Below, one piece after another: positions 37,743 to 51,066 of a stretch of 64,000 bases of DNA (its first letter is position 1; the number at the start of each line of letters is the position of its first letter). Made by a program: the position numbers and the translations under genes. The notes below the pieces were generated by a model that saw nothing but the letters and a program-made list of their open reading frames with translations, was not told the DNA's origin and did no database searches. The DNA is from Octopus sinensis (Eukaryota): the NCBI RefSeq assembly GCF_006345805.1, contig NC_043000.1, positions 146,382,001 through 146,446,000 on the forward strand, in the 5' to 3' direction.

Positions 37743-37904
37743 TTAACTATATGCAATTTATTTCATTTCATTTTATTCATACCGTTTGTTTGTCCTAGTT
37801 TTCCCACATGCATTTTAAACCTGCAGTGATTGTGTGTTTTTCCATGCCCTGACTTATTAATGGAATTATGGTGGAGGATGGTTGATTTTTTTAAATGGTT
37901 AAAT

Positions 37905-38092
37905 AGAAATGACGTTGGATAAAGTGGTTCAGATATATATTCGGACTAACTGAAATCTGAGTTCATATCCCAACGCGACCAACTTTACCTTTCATTTTAC
38001 CTTCCAGAGTCAGTAAAGTAAAGTACTAGTCATGTAACTAGTAACACCTTTCACTCAAGTTTCTAGCCTTGTGCCTGTGTCAGAAAGAATTA
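37905..38092 (+). mobile_element. SINE B-like, highly diverged
   Basis: CTGAGTTCATATCCC B-box-like, ACTTTACCTTTCAT, CTAGCCTTGTGCCTGTGTCAGAAAGAATT tail. Confidence 0.5.
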
Positions 38093-38719
38093 TTGTCGCT
38101 AAAATTTGTTCCTTTTTATCAGCATTCACCCACGTATATCATTCTAAATTGAAATGCTCCTGTGTTTGGCTTCAACATGCGTAGAAGTCATACATAGAAG
38201 CTCTATGGTAATATGGAAATTCATTAATTCATTTCATTAAACCTCGAAATCCTTAGTGTTGTCGATGAAATCGATGAAACTAAAATCCAGACTTTGTACA
38301 TGATAAATTTCCATCGCAGTTATCATTTCTCGCAGCCAGATCTGAACATAGTGATCCATACTAATTAACACTATTTGTATTGTTTTTCTATGTACAAGAT
38401 TGAGTTGTGTCGATTTACTCTGCTTATTTGTATTTAGGTTGTTGGACGGTTAAATATTAGGTGAGAATTAATCTATGGAGACGTTTAAGTAATGGTATTA
38501 TAATGGGAAATACCGGATCAACAGATTTGTTATCATTAAGCAATTGGCTTGATAATTTACGATCGTCTTATTTCAGTATGATGCAAGAGTTGTCCATACT
38601 CTGTTACAGATGTATTAAGATATAAAGACTGAGTAAAATAACCCTAGCTGTAGAAAAAATAAAACAGTCGTAATCAGAGGTTACGAAACTCTGTGCCCTT
38701 TCTCTGCTATCGTATCAAA

Positions 38720-38885
38720 TTAGTTAGTTAGTTAGTTAGTTAGTTAATTTGGCTCAAAAGCAAATAGCAAGGCCATGTAGGGGGACATGGAGTTAAGTAC
38801 AGGGTGGTGTTCATGTAAAGAGTTCAGGCCACTTGAGGTCCAGGGAGGCTTTGAACAAAGCGGTCGTCAGCATCTTATTGGTCAT
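38720..38885 (-). mobile_element. 3' end of a CR1/L2-like LINE with (CTAA)n tail
   Basis: Minus strand LTTALFKASLDLKWPELFT*, short UTR, then (TAAC)n at 38720-38745. Confidence 0.45.
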
Positions 38886-40654
38886 CTGTACGCTTCAGTA
38901 CCTAATACTTAAAAGAAAAAAACAAAGAAGCATATTATAAAGTCGTTGTAAATCGTTTGCAAGTGACAATCTGACGTCTCGAGAAACAAAATATATCAAA
39001 TAAAGTGTTTCTGGATACACTATACCTGAAAATGAGATGAAATAGTCACGGATGGAATGTCTGTGCTGATAGGTTTGCTCGTTCATAGCTAAACCGAGAA
39101 CAGCGCGGACAATAACTAAATAAAGACGGAGTAATCTAGTTTAAGATTGAAGACTGTAAATCGTTATGTTGTTATGACCAAGATTACTGAAAAACAACCA
39201 ACAACACAAAAGCAACAATATATCAAACCTACAAATTTATGATAAACCTGCATTCACCACTTCAGTGTATCGGAGTACTGTACTTTTGACCTGCTATAGC
39301 AAAGTCATGTGAAATTTTAATTTTGCTTTCGTTCCTTCCAAAAATCGAACATCACCTAGAGGCAAGCTGGCTGACACCATAGTCAAATTATAAAGTGACT
39401 CACTTCAGATTAAAAGGCTTCCACGTAGCTTGGCAGGCGTTATTAGCATCCCATGCCACCCTCCGATCAGTGTAGCTTGAATCACAATATAACAGCTGTT
39501 AAAAATCATTAAATACATGCACGAACCTTTGACCCGACAATATATCTGAAAGATCGATTCTTCCACTCGATGTCATCATGATTGGTAACTCGAAATTAAG
39601 TTCCTGTCATGTCTCAGACTCCAAACAAAAGTTTTAAACGTATTTTACTATTTAAATAAATAACAAGTATTATTAAAAAAAAATTGGAGCTTTAATCAGG
39701 AATGAATATCACGTGTATGTTGATTATTTTCCTTTCAGTTTTGTATTTGGTTATTTATTCACTTATGGCTAATTCACTTAACCCCGTTAATTAAGACATC
39801 GAAATCAAACAATAAGATTTTACAATATGAAAGGAAACAGGATGGTGTGTTTTTAGCATTTTCGATTTACTACGTAGAATAGTGAAAGCAAAATAATAAA
39901 GAAAAATTTGTAGGTTTTAAACACTAGATTTTAACCAGCCTCTCCTCCGTAACGATAATTGAAGCTGGTCGAGTTGATAGCTAATTTGATTCTAACCGTG
40001 AATACCGGTAGTTCCTATTCTGACAGCAGCACCGTTACTTCATGACAATGAAAGCAAATTTTCTATAGCATAATCAAACATGGACCGTAAGTTGTTAAAT
40101 TTAAAGAGTGTTGTTTTTTTTACGACTTATCTCGAATAATTTCATGCGAATTTAGTTTGGTTAAAAATGGATCTCTACCTCATTGAATCGACATCCAAAT
40201 ATATTGTACAAATATTATGTCCCTGAATAGTTTATCGATGAGGTGACCAAAAAGCCGTTGTGAATTATTATCACCATATGTCGTTGAAATAATACAGTTG
40301 CTAAGCTGTAATTTAACTAATTATTCTCTTCATAGAATCGTTATAATAATAAAAAGAATACTAAAAGGAAATTCAAAAATAGATTACCGTAACTTTCCCA
40401 GTCACTAAAATTGAAGTCCGACTTAAATATCAATGGTCGTCGGGTCTACAAGTAAGAGTATTTTATTAAAACCCATACAGTCTTCAAAGGCAAGATATCC
40501 CACGTTATATAACTAATGCTTTATTGGACTTAGGTATCAAAGTTGTTTCCAAATTATTGCTTAAGATAAGAACGTAGAATATTTCCTACTGAGCCGTATG
40601 TTGAGCAAGAAGGCAGCAGAGTAGCAATTTAGTGCATATATTTGTCGGAGTTCT

Positions 40655-40925
40655 TGATTTGTTACAAGTATAACACCTTGTAACACCAAAGATGTTCTAA
40701 AGATTAAGATTATGGCAGCATTCACCAACTTAAGCCAAGAAACCGTCCAGGAAAGTTGCAGGAGATTCCGAAGTCGTCTGGAGGGCGTGGTTGAAGCCAA
40801 TGAGGAGTTTATTGAATAGATTTACTCGTTAGTATTTCAAAATATTTTATGTAATTTTGGTAAATGTATCTGTTAAAATGGGATATCAGCGTCATTTTCA
40901 AATTTGCGTAATTTAGACGACAATA
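40655..40925 (+). pseudogene. Tc1/mariner (maT-like) transposase C-terminal remnant
   Basis: LKIKIMAAFTNLSQETVQESCRRFRSRLEGVVEANEEFIE* (40699-40820). Confidence 0.7.
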
Positions 40926-40941
40926 TATACACCGCAGCCTC

Positions 40942-40980
<39 letters not shown>

Positions 40981-41109
40981 ACGCGCACATATAAAGAGGG
41001 CCATGGAAAATTACAGATGATACATAAAGTTGGAATGTCAATTTGAGGTCTATGCGGGAAGCGGTTAGATACCCTCTCCTTCATATATATTCTTTAGAAG
41101 TCTTCGGAA

Positions 41110-41960
41110 GGAAATCGATGGTTTATTAAGTACGAGTAGTAATCTACGAAATTTTACATTCTCTCGATTCCCAATAATTCAGACCGCCTCGTGGTCCAAA
41201 CAGACAAACTGGAAAAGGAATTGCCCTGGAGAATCGTACGGGAGATTCGCTGGAACAGCCGCTCTGACTCACGGGACTTGCACTTGCAAATAGCCATCCT
41301 TGCCTCGATAGAAGTGAGCAGTGTCCAGGGGCCGTGAACGCCAGAAGTCTCCACTGCCACAGGCTCGACCATAAACATGCCAGAATGTGATCAATATTTT
41401 CTCAGTTTCTTTTTCTCAGCTTCATGCTGAACACACCAATTTACTGCTGGTGGTGTCACAGCATGTATATCCAAGATCGTTACGGACCGAGAAAATTGTC
41501 ATACCGTCAGGCCTTTCATTTCCTCTTCGGTATAACCCCGCTGATTTGAGCTGAGAGGGGAAGCCTTTGGCGTCTAGGTTATGCTTTAGGATTTCGTTAA
41601 GTGCGGCATTGCGTGGAAAGCGGCCAGCACTATATTTATATGACAATAGGGAGAAGTTGAAAGAAACACCAGTGGATCTGCAGTGGAATTTGTGAGGCAA
41701 ATATTCTGAAGATACTGGAGATCGAACCCAAGATACACCACCTTATACTGTTGGCGATCACTTGCTCGAAGTTCCCAAGAGGGCGTTCATCTGGTGGCAA
41801 CAACCAGACATATCGTTTTTGCTATTGATGGGTACTGCAGATTAGTGGAGAATACGCAGTCTTTCACAGAGTCCGAGCTGGCAATTACGAGCACCAGCTA
41901 AGTAAGGTGAGGATCTGTTGGTGATGCTCTAATCAGAACATATGTCGCGATATATGAGTC
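41110..41960 (-). pseudogene. CRE-clade-like RLE non-LTR retrotransposon C-terminal remnant
   Basis: GRFPRNAALNEILK..GNERPDGMTIF..CDT and EPVAVETSGVHGP..ESERLFQRISRTILQGN, typical of the CRE RLE domain. Confidence 0.7.
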
Positions 41961-42672
41961 TGCGTGATTTCTGTGTGAGTATGCATATATATTGTTTTAA
42001 ATAATCGAAGAAAATATATAGAAAGAAAAAAGTTAGAAAACATAAATAATATATCGAGAAAAATATATTTCATTATTTAATACATTGCACTTTGAAATCA
42101 ATTACATATTTATATCGATTATTTTAGTATATTGTGCTTCACATGTTTTGTATTTTTTGTTTATACTAATAAATTTAGATTTTGAGTTTTGTAGTTTTGT
42201 AATTCTTGTTTAAAAATAAATCTATATAAAAGCAGCAAACTAGTTCAATAATTAATGCATTACTCTGACACATCTATGTCTTAAAAAGATCTTTTTTTTT
42301 ATTTGTTTCAATTTTTTATTCTATATGTATGCAAATCTTTTATATATTTTTCTTTTTTGCGTGTGTTTTATGTGCGCGCGCACCAAAAAAACAGCTAGCT
42401 TAGACATTAGAAAAAAATACAATAAACATGAAGACAGCACAAAATATATATAAAATAAGAATATCGACATGACTAATAGATACATAAGAATATCTTGGGG
42501 ACATTTATGTCAAATAGAATTTTAGTTTACGTGAGAAAGATTTGCAATCATTTTACTGTCTGAAATAAATGAGAAAGCAATGGGATAATATGAATATATA
42601 CAGATATATTTTTCAATGTATATATACACATAGAGTTACGTATATATATACGTATGTATGTATATATGTACG

Positions 42673-42753
<81 letters not shown>

Positions 42754-42781
42754 CATACATACATATATATATAAATAGCAT

Positions 42782-42813
<32 letters not shown>

Positions 42814-43058
42814 CTGTACGGGTCTACGTGCTTATAGAGAGAACTTATATTGTACTATATGTCCATACACTCACTCGCAATATATACGTATATTATATAT
42901 ATATATATTATATATATATATATACTGCACGTGTGTATTCATAGTAAATTATTGGTTGTCTATATAAGCACGCACTCTCGTACACCGATTCATATAAATA
43001 TAAAAATATATTCTGTAACAGATTTTTGACCAAATCTTCTCTTCCTATTCCCTCTCTT

Positions 43059-43097
<39 letters not shown>

Positions 43098-43339
43098 TTT
43101 TCTCTCGCTCTCTTATAGTTCTCTCTCTCATGTATGTTCGTTTCTAAGTATGCATATGCTAGTACGTATTAGTATGTTCATGGGTGTATATTTATGTCTG
43201 TATATATACTAATGTGTGTGTGTGTGTGTGTGTGTGTTTGAATGTCAGTATTTACTGCAGTATACGTATGTGCGGGTGTATCGTTACTATGGTATATATA
43301 TATCAATTGACACATGTGATTCACACAAAAATGTGAGTG

Positions 43340-43429
43340 TAGGTGTGGGTGGTGTGTGTGTTTGTGTGCGTGTGTGTGTATGTGTGTGTGTGTGTGTGTG
43401 TTCGTGTGTGTGTGTGTGTGTGTGTTCGT

Positions 43430-43461
<32 letters not shown>

Positions 43462-43520
43462 TCGTGTGTGTGTGTGTGTGTGTGTTCGTGTGTATGTGTG
43501 TGTGTGTGCGTGTGTGTGTG
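43340..43520. repeat. (GT)n microsatellite with exact 60-bp higher-order duplication
   Basis: 43381-43440 is identical to 43441-43500, including the TTC and TAT interruptions. Confidence 0.9.
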
Positions 43521-44492
43521 CACGTATAATTATAAATTGCAGCTGCTTATTTACATTTTTTTTTTCGAAGGAATCATATGCTATAAACTTCACATGCTTC
43601 GTAAATTTTTGTTCTGATTCTTTTAATATTTTATGCAAATTTTGTAGAAAAAATGGTTTTCTTCACTAAGTAATGATTGATAAAAAGTCATTTTATGTAT
43701 CAGAGACGTAACTTTGAAACTAATTTTTGCTTTTCTATTTCTCCTTTATATCTTAGCTTTTCATTCCGTATAAATGTCGGTGTAATGGTTTTTGACGCTT
43801 CCGTATATTGCTTTGGTTGTTGATGAGACTCAACTCTGCACTACTTCATCAGATCAATGATCAGGATCACTCAGGCTCTGATCATCTTGCATTTAAAATA
43901 TCAGAGCGTGATCTGAGTTTTATTTGACTGCTAATGACATGCCCAGCAGATTATTCGACCACGCACGCTAATCCGTTGATTCGATCCAGCGAAGTTGTGG
44001 GATTATTGAAGATGGAGACATGAGAATAGTTTATGGTATTTCTTTTATCTATGAATATTATTCATATTTCTGTTCCATCTGATTGGTTACCATGCTAGAT
44101 TTGAATATTGATTTATAATTAACTAGGCACAAAGCCCTTATTTAATAGAAGAGGAAATTGTAAACATGAGACCCGTGCACATCTCAAAAGCATTAACCGC
44201 GTAAGTTAAATTATATGTCGTCATATTGAATATGGATATTGACTTCATGGTTCCAAACATTATGGAACTTATTTCACAATTTATGTCACTTCCAATATTA
44301 TTTTTCATATCGATTTGGTTTCAATAGTCATGAGACCAATATTTGCAGAGGAAAATTGTATTTCGGTTTCAATCGAAAGCACTATATAATTCACGCACGA
44401 TGATATAAAAAAACAACTTTGGCAATTGAACGTAGGCATTTGTATGTAAATATACATACATACATAAATGCATAAATACATGTATATATACA

Positions 44493-44539
<47 letters not shown>

Positions 44540-44665
44540 GTGTGTGTGTGTGTGTATAAATATATAAAGAGAAAGAGAGAGAAATACATACACAGATATT
44601 TATACATAGATACATGGATGCATACGTATGTTTGTGTGTGAGACAGAGAATGTGTATGCATCATG

Positions 44666-44699
<34 letters not shown>

Positions 44700-46804
44700 A
44701 TATACATCCTTATAGCGTAATATCCCTTTACTTTTTTCAGCTATGCTGGGATAACTATTCCAATGGCTTTAGTTGATACAACCGCCCTCAAATACACATT
44801 TTCTGTTTGATACATATTTCATGAGTTTCGCTTAATCAAATCGCTTATTTTGGGGGATTTCTGCCCATTTATGATTCGTTCTAGCTTGTTCAGTATGACA
44901 CCTTTCACTCTTCTTCAACATATGATTATTCCAACCTGCTCTATCACCTAAATCTGCTAATGAACATTTTACTTCGGGTCTTAATTAACCAGAGAATCTG
45001 CAATTTCGTTACTGTTAAATTTTCAATAGCAATCATTATATTGTAACCATATCAAAATTACTTCACAATTCGTTTTCTTGCATTATGCGCCGTTATTAGT
45101 AAATATCGAACGTATCAATAACCATTAGTTCCAAAGGATGACTCGTCCGAGTTGCGTTTTGAAGAAGAAAAGCTACTTCAACTTTATCGTTCAGTTCACC
45201 CACGTTCGATGAGTGACCTGGAACATGCTCTGCATGAAGCAAAGCTTTGTTTTTTTAGGGTTCTTACCCTAACAAAATTATTTGATGGATCGGCAGAAAT
45301 CCAAAATAAATCTAACATTCTTTTGATAATCCTCTGTTCGTTATTCGATCGCCACATAACAGAAACGTGAATTTTAGAGTATCAGCTCATAGGCATTTGT
45401 ATGTCCAATTGGTAAATAGTGGCTTCTGTTTGGGATCTAAAGTATTACTAAGATAGTAATACAGCTTTTGTAGCATTGAAACCAAGTGCTGAGTTTCATT
45501 CCTTAGAAATATAGGTTATTTTAGCATTCGATTCCAAAACGAGCCAGTCTCGAACTCCTTGAGCAGTAAATTTTACCGTGAATCAAGTAGAACAGCTGCT
45601 CGGTCTTTGTCGCCACGTGAAGACTTTCCTGTCGTCTGCGTATTAAGCAATATTGAGCGATACTTAAAACGCTGAAATCGATCGTGTGTTGCCATGATGA
45701 TTTCATTCTTAAGAGTAGAAACTTGCGTTTTCTCTACAATATCCACAAAGTCATTCAGAGTTACACTGATGCATGTCGTTTGTCCATATGTTGAGAAGTT
45801 TTTTTTAATATTTTTTCCATTATACTACTTCTCTTCCTAATTAACTTTGCAAAAGACGCTACACATTAAGCATGTGTTTTAAGTTTTTCAGCATTATAGT
45901 AAATTGTTTCTGTTGACCAAAAACGGAGAGTTCTTCCATCACTTATAGCTCATCGTCCATCATCGAATATACTGAACGCCCCATATATGTTTTAATATAA
46001 GACTTAGTTGTCTCTATTTCCACAACAAGTGTGCATACTATACGTGCTTTAACTGCCATCATATTAAGAAGAAACCAAGGAAGAATATTTCCAAACCAAG
46101 AAATTGATAATTCGATCTTCACAGCTACTCTGCTCTAAGCCAAACACCAAGAAATAGCTAGTTTCTAGTCCAGAAATTTTCTTCGCAGTTCTCCATTCCA
46201 GTGCTTTGTTTCTAATTTCTGCACTTGCTCCTATCAGCGTTTATCTATTTGATGGAGCTTATAAAATCATTTAATACCATATCGACCTGGTTAGCAGAAA
46301 GAAAAAATGTTACTATAAAAGCGAAAATTTAATATTTTGCACTGAGTACATCTAGCAACTCGAACAGACGGAGCTCAGACAGTGTGTTAATTTGTTTCTC
46401 TATAATACAACTTCATGATTCAAGTTTTACCCTTTAAATTACATTTTAAGTATTTCAGGTTATTAAGCATTATCATATCTTAAAAGAGTTACACCTCTAC
46501 GAAGGAGGACGTAGATGTATACAGATTACAATTTAAATGATATTCGTGGAAGTAAAAAATTGAATGACTAGTTTAGATATCCATTATTGATTAGATATTT
46601 ATTTATATCACACTGAAATGAAAAAAATACATAAAAGTGACAAAAGCAATGTTTCAAGTTAAATTGATATTTTAGATTCCTTGCTTTTATTCTATTCTTA
46701 CATTGGCTTCATAAGGAAACAACATTGAGGACTCTCTCTTTCTCTTGGTCTCTCTCCCGATCTCTCTATCTATTTATATCTATCTTTACGTGCACACGCA
46801 TCTT

Positions 46805-46845
<41 letters not shown>

Positions 46846-47002
46846 ATATACTGAATATTTGACGTTTCTAAATAGGAAAACCGAATTACTCAACGAGTGA
46901 AGTTACCAGTACCAGGATCTCTTTCTATGCTTGAGTACTAAACCAATTTGAGAGATAATACGGTATACACCAGGATAACTTATCCCATTTATACTCCCTC
47001 CC

Positions 47003-47039
<37 letters not shown>

Positions 47040-47091
47040 ATATATATATATATATGTATTTTTTTATTTAAAGCAGCAGAAAATTCAACAA

Positions 47092-47134
47092 AACCTGTTA
47101 CTCTGAGTTTCCTGTTGCCGTTCATCGGACAGTT
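47092..47134 (-). ncRNA. Type-I hammerhead-like motif
   Basis: AACUGU-CCGAUGA-ACGGCAACAG-GAAAC(UCAGA)GUA^ACAGGUU. Helices I and III pair; U4 is C; stem II is imperfect. Confidence 0.6.
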
Positions 47135-47153
47135 TTTGCTAGAATCTAGCAAA

Positions 47154-47196
47154 AACTGTCCGATGAACGGCAACGGAAAACTCAGAGTAACAGGTT
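47154..47196 (+). ncRNA. Type-I hammerhead-like motif
   Basis: AACUGU-CCGAUGA-ACGGCAACG-GAAAAC(UCAGA)GUA^ACAGGUU. Confidence 0.55.
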
Positions 47197-47287
47197 TTGT
47201 TGAATTTTCTGCTGCTTTAAATAAAGCATATTACTCTACCACTGGTACTCTTTTTTCCACCTTGTTTCCCATTTATGTGTTTACTCC

Positions 47288-47334
<47 letters not shown>

Positions 47335-47379
47335 GGAAAGAAAAGGACAAAGGAAACCCGATATTTTGAACCTAAAGTT

Positions 47380-47552
47380 TCATCAGATAGGGTTCGCAGG
47401 TTCCGTGGCGTATATATTCACACCCTAGACGGGGTCCCAATCCATCGCAGGAATACCCATTTTTCACCAGCTGCCTGGAGTCTGCTGAAGGAATCGAAAC
47501 CACAAACTCACGATCATGAGCACAAAACCTTAATGACTAATGCCCGGGCTTC
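47380..47552 (-). mobile_element. Highly diverged tRNA-headed SINE
   Basis: Minus strand GGCATTAGTCATTAAGG...GTGGTTTCGATTCC (A/B-box-like). Confidence 0.4.
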
Positions 47553-48262
47553 TACATATATATATACATGTATATGAACGTATATGTATGTGTGTTTGCC
47601 TGTGTCTGTCTATGTGTGCGCGTGTGTTTGTGGGTATCTATTCATAATCAATATCACATACATAATGTATGTGTGTTGTTAAACGCTTTTAGTTGCAGTT
47701 TTTCGTCTAAGACGTATAATTTTTTAAAAAAACGCAGTATATTTTAAAACCTGAAGAAACAAAACCGTGTTTGAAGAGAATAAGAATGACATATGCTGAT
47801 ATTTCACAGTATTTTCTACTCTTAAGTGCCATATGCTCGCGTCACTTCCGAAGCTAATGCTGCCGGTAACACAAAATTTACATGTGTGTGTGAGAGAGAG
47901 AGAGAGAGTTTAAGTGTATCTCTTAACACTACTTGACAACTGGCGTTGTCTTGCTCAGATCCCTGTCAGTTATACCGATCGGCATAAGAGACCGAGATCT
48001 GAGTACCAGACTTAAGAAATATAAATACTGGGGTTGATTTCTTCGAGTAAACCCTTGAAGATCGTTTGGTTTTTTTAAATGGCGCAAAACTGCTGTTTTA
48101 AAGAATAGAGAATGAAACATTGTGAAATTTATTATCTTCAAGGCATCAACAAGTGAAAGAGGGAAATAGCTACAAGAGTGGATTAAAATTATGCTTCTCT
48201 CTTCCCTTTCTCTCTGTATTTGAGTCCCAAATAAATTCATCAAATTCTCCCTCTCTCTCTTA

Positions 48263-48336
<74 letters not shown>

Positions 48337-48827
48337 CAACACACAGGTGTATTTTCCCACATAGTCTTTTATTATCTTATGTGCTATGTAAGAGAATACC
48401 TAAATTTTTACAGGTACTTACATACCCGTAAATTCTTACATACTTACAGGTATTTAATATTTAATGATGTAAGTTTTTCCGAATTTATGACAGCAATTTA
48501 ATCCGTTGATTGATTTTTTTTGTTCTTTTTTACGAAAATATTGGAGTATATAATTCAGCGGTGGGATTTGATATATTTGACTCACTTGGATAGGACAAGT
48601 GATATCGCGCTTTTTAATGTGCCTTTTTGTTTGCTATAAAAGTGATATATATTTAACACTATAGTATTCAGATTACTCTTTTCTTAAATCTAATGCATAT
48701 TTATTCACATTGTTCTGAACTAGTAGTGCATCAGGTCATAGCTTCATTGCTGTGATTGTTTATTTGCAGAATGGCATTACAGATATATAATACTAATATA
48801 CAACATTAAAGACAATATAAATACGTT

Positions 48828-48861
<34 letters not shown>

Positions 48862-48900
48862 GTACAATCTTACTTAGAAATGGATGCGTGCGTTCCGTCA

Positions 48901-49218
48901 TATAATAAATTAATAAATAAATAAAACATATGCATATATACATACATATATGTACGTACCTACCTCTACATGTATATATACATGCATATATGGGTACAGG
49001 ACACAAAAAACGTCGAATACAATGAGAAACGAAAACAAACACAAAACGAAGGAAATGGATATTTTTTCTTAAACAACGAAAAAATAGAGTACACGACATA
49101 CAAAACAAGGAAAATTCCCCTTCTTCAGTCGCCCATATATGCATGTATATATACATGTAGAGGTAGGTACGTACATATATGTATCTATATATGCATATGT
49201 TTTATTTATTTATCGATT

Positions 49219-49225
<7 letters not shown>
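48901..49225. mobile_element. Foldback (MITE-like) element with ~93-bp inverted arms between (TA)n runs
   Basis: Arm 48901-48994 is the reverse complement of 49132-49225 (about 3 mismatches), around a ~137-bp spacer. Confidence 0.85.
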
Positions 49226-49271
<46 letters not shown>

Positions 49272-49449
49272 AGACAACCTGTACTTAACTTCATACGAAC
49301 ATACAAAGCGAGAAATGCATATACATACGCGCTCAAACAAAAGCGCAACGTGAACATATTAGAGGCACGCACAGACAACCACACGCGCACACTCATACTC
49401 AGACACATACACGTGCGTGCGTATTTGTCCGTGTGTGTGGGGGGGGGGG

Positions 49450-49780
49450 GCACATGGCTCAATTGTTAGATCGCCAGGTCCACAATCATAAGGTAGTGAG
49501 TTCGATTCCCAGACTGGGCTGTGTGTTGTTTCTTAAGGAAGACACTTTTTTTCACGCTGCTTAAGTTCACTCAGCTGTCAAAATGAGTAGTGAAGTCATT
49601 GTTGCTAAACTGTATCGGCCTTTGCCTTTCCTTCGGTTAACATCGGCGGTGTGCAGAAGGTAGGCTGTTATGCATGGCGACTGCTGGATTTCCATAGCAA
49701 CTCTGTCCAGATTTGTGCCTCGGAAGTAGCTTCCAGGTGCAATCGTATGGTCATTCGTGACCTAAAGGATCTTCACCCTT
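49450..49780 (+). mobile_element. tRNA-derived SINE family D (diverged)
   Basis: CACATGGCTCAATTGTTAG (A box), GAGTTCGATTCCC (B box), CACTCAGCTGTCAAAATGAG central block. Confidence 0.65.
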
Positions 49781-50026
49781 CATATTTGTACATGTGTGTG
49801 TGTGGGTGTTGTGTTGTTTTGTATTTTGTTTGCACTCACATTCCAGCATGTGCATACACGTACTTGCAGATATCAACATATATTCACGCAAAAACATGCG
49901 TTTACACATTTGTACAGATGAGCACACCACTTTACAAACGAGCATTATTTTACATACACGTATGCACTGATACAATGCTCTTACAATATGTGTGTGTTTA
50001 TATACACAAATACGTGCGTGTATGAT

Positions 50027-50452
50027 TCTCTCTTTTTTCTCTTTTACTCTCTTTTACTTGTTTCAGTCATTTGACTGCGGCCATGCTGGAGCACCGACTT
50101 TAGTCGAGCAAATCGACCCCGGGACTTATTCTTTGTAAGCCCAGTACTTATTCTATCGGTCTCTTTTGCCGAACCGCTAAGTTACGGGGACGTAAACACA
50201 CCAGCATCGGTTGTCAAGCGATGCTAGAGGGACAAACACAGACACACAAACATATACACACACATACATATATATATATATACATATATACGACAGGCTT
50301 CTTTCAGTGTCCGTCTACCAAATCCACTCACAAGGCTTTGGTCGGCCCGAGGCTATAGTAGAAGACACTTGCCCAAGATGCCACGCAGTGGGACTGAACC
50401 CGGAACCATGTGGTTGGTTAGCAAGCTACTTACCACACAGCCACTCCTGCGC
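50027..50452 (-). mobile_element. SINE family A (young)
   Basis: Near-identical to the 55.1 and 58.4 kb copies. Confidence 0.92.
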
Positions 50453-50684
50453 TGTGTGGTAAGTGCATATAAAGGATTTGCAGGTACGTGGTACTTCGTA
50501 GAGCGAACATAATATACTATAAAGTATACTAAACGATTTTATAGGTCAGTAACACGTCGTACTGCGTCGAAGGGAAACATAGTATATACGCTCATTACCC
50601 ATTTTTGTCTTCGATCACATTGTTTACATCTGACGTCTCGATACAAAACGTTGTAGCAAAAATTAATGCTGGTTATATGATATA

Positions 50685-51066
50685 GGAAGCACTCCGTCGG
50701 TTACGACGACAAGGGTTCCGGTTGATCCGATCAACGGAAAGCCTGCTCGTGAAATTAACGTGTAAGTGGCTGAGCACTCCACAGACACGTGTACCCTTAA
50801 CGTAGCTCTTGGAGATATTCAGCGTGACACAGAGAGTGACAAAGCCGGCCCTTTGAAATACAGGTACCACAGAAACAGGAAGTAAGAGTGAGAGAAAGTT
50901 GTGGTGAAAGAGTACAGCAGGGATCACCACCATCCCTGCCGGAGCCTCGTGGAGCTTTAGGTGTTTTCGCTCAATAAACACTCACAACGCCCGGTTTGGG
51001 AATCGAAACCGCGATCCTACGACTGTGAGTCCGCTGCCCTAACCACTGGGCCATTGCGCCTCCATC
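50685..51066 (-). mobile_element. tRNA-derived SINE family C with 10-bp TSD
   Basis: ATATGATATA at 50675-50684 and 51067-51076. Homologous to 52921-53309. Confidence 0.9.

Larger units (their letters stand above)
47063..47290. mobile_element. Palindromic foldback element between (TA)n runs, with a hammerhead-like motif in each arm
   Basis: 81-bp arms 47063-47143 and 47145-47225 around a 1-nt loop (47144), about 2 mismatches. The right arm continues to 47290, then (TA)n. Confidence 0.88.

Noticed and set aside
44760-46300. Stretch with protein-like composition (possible DNA transposon or Helitron helicase relic)
   Set aside because: No diagnostic motif could be read in any frame; needs a translated HMM search.
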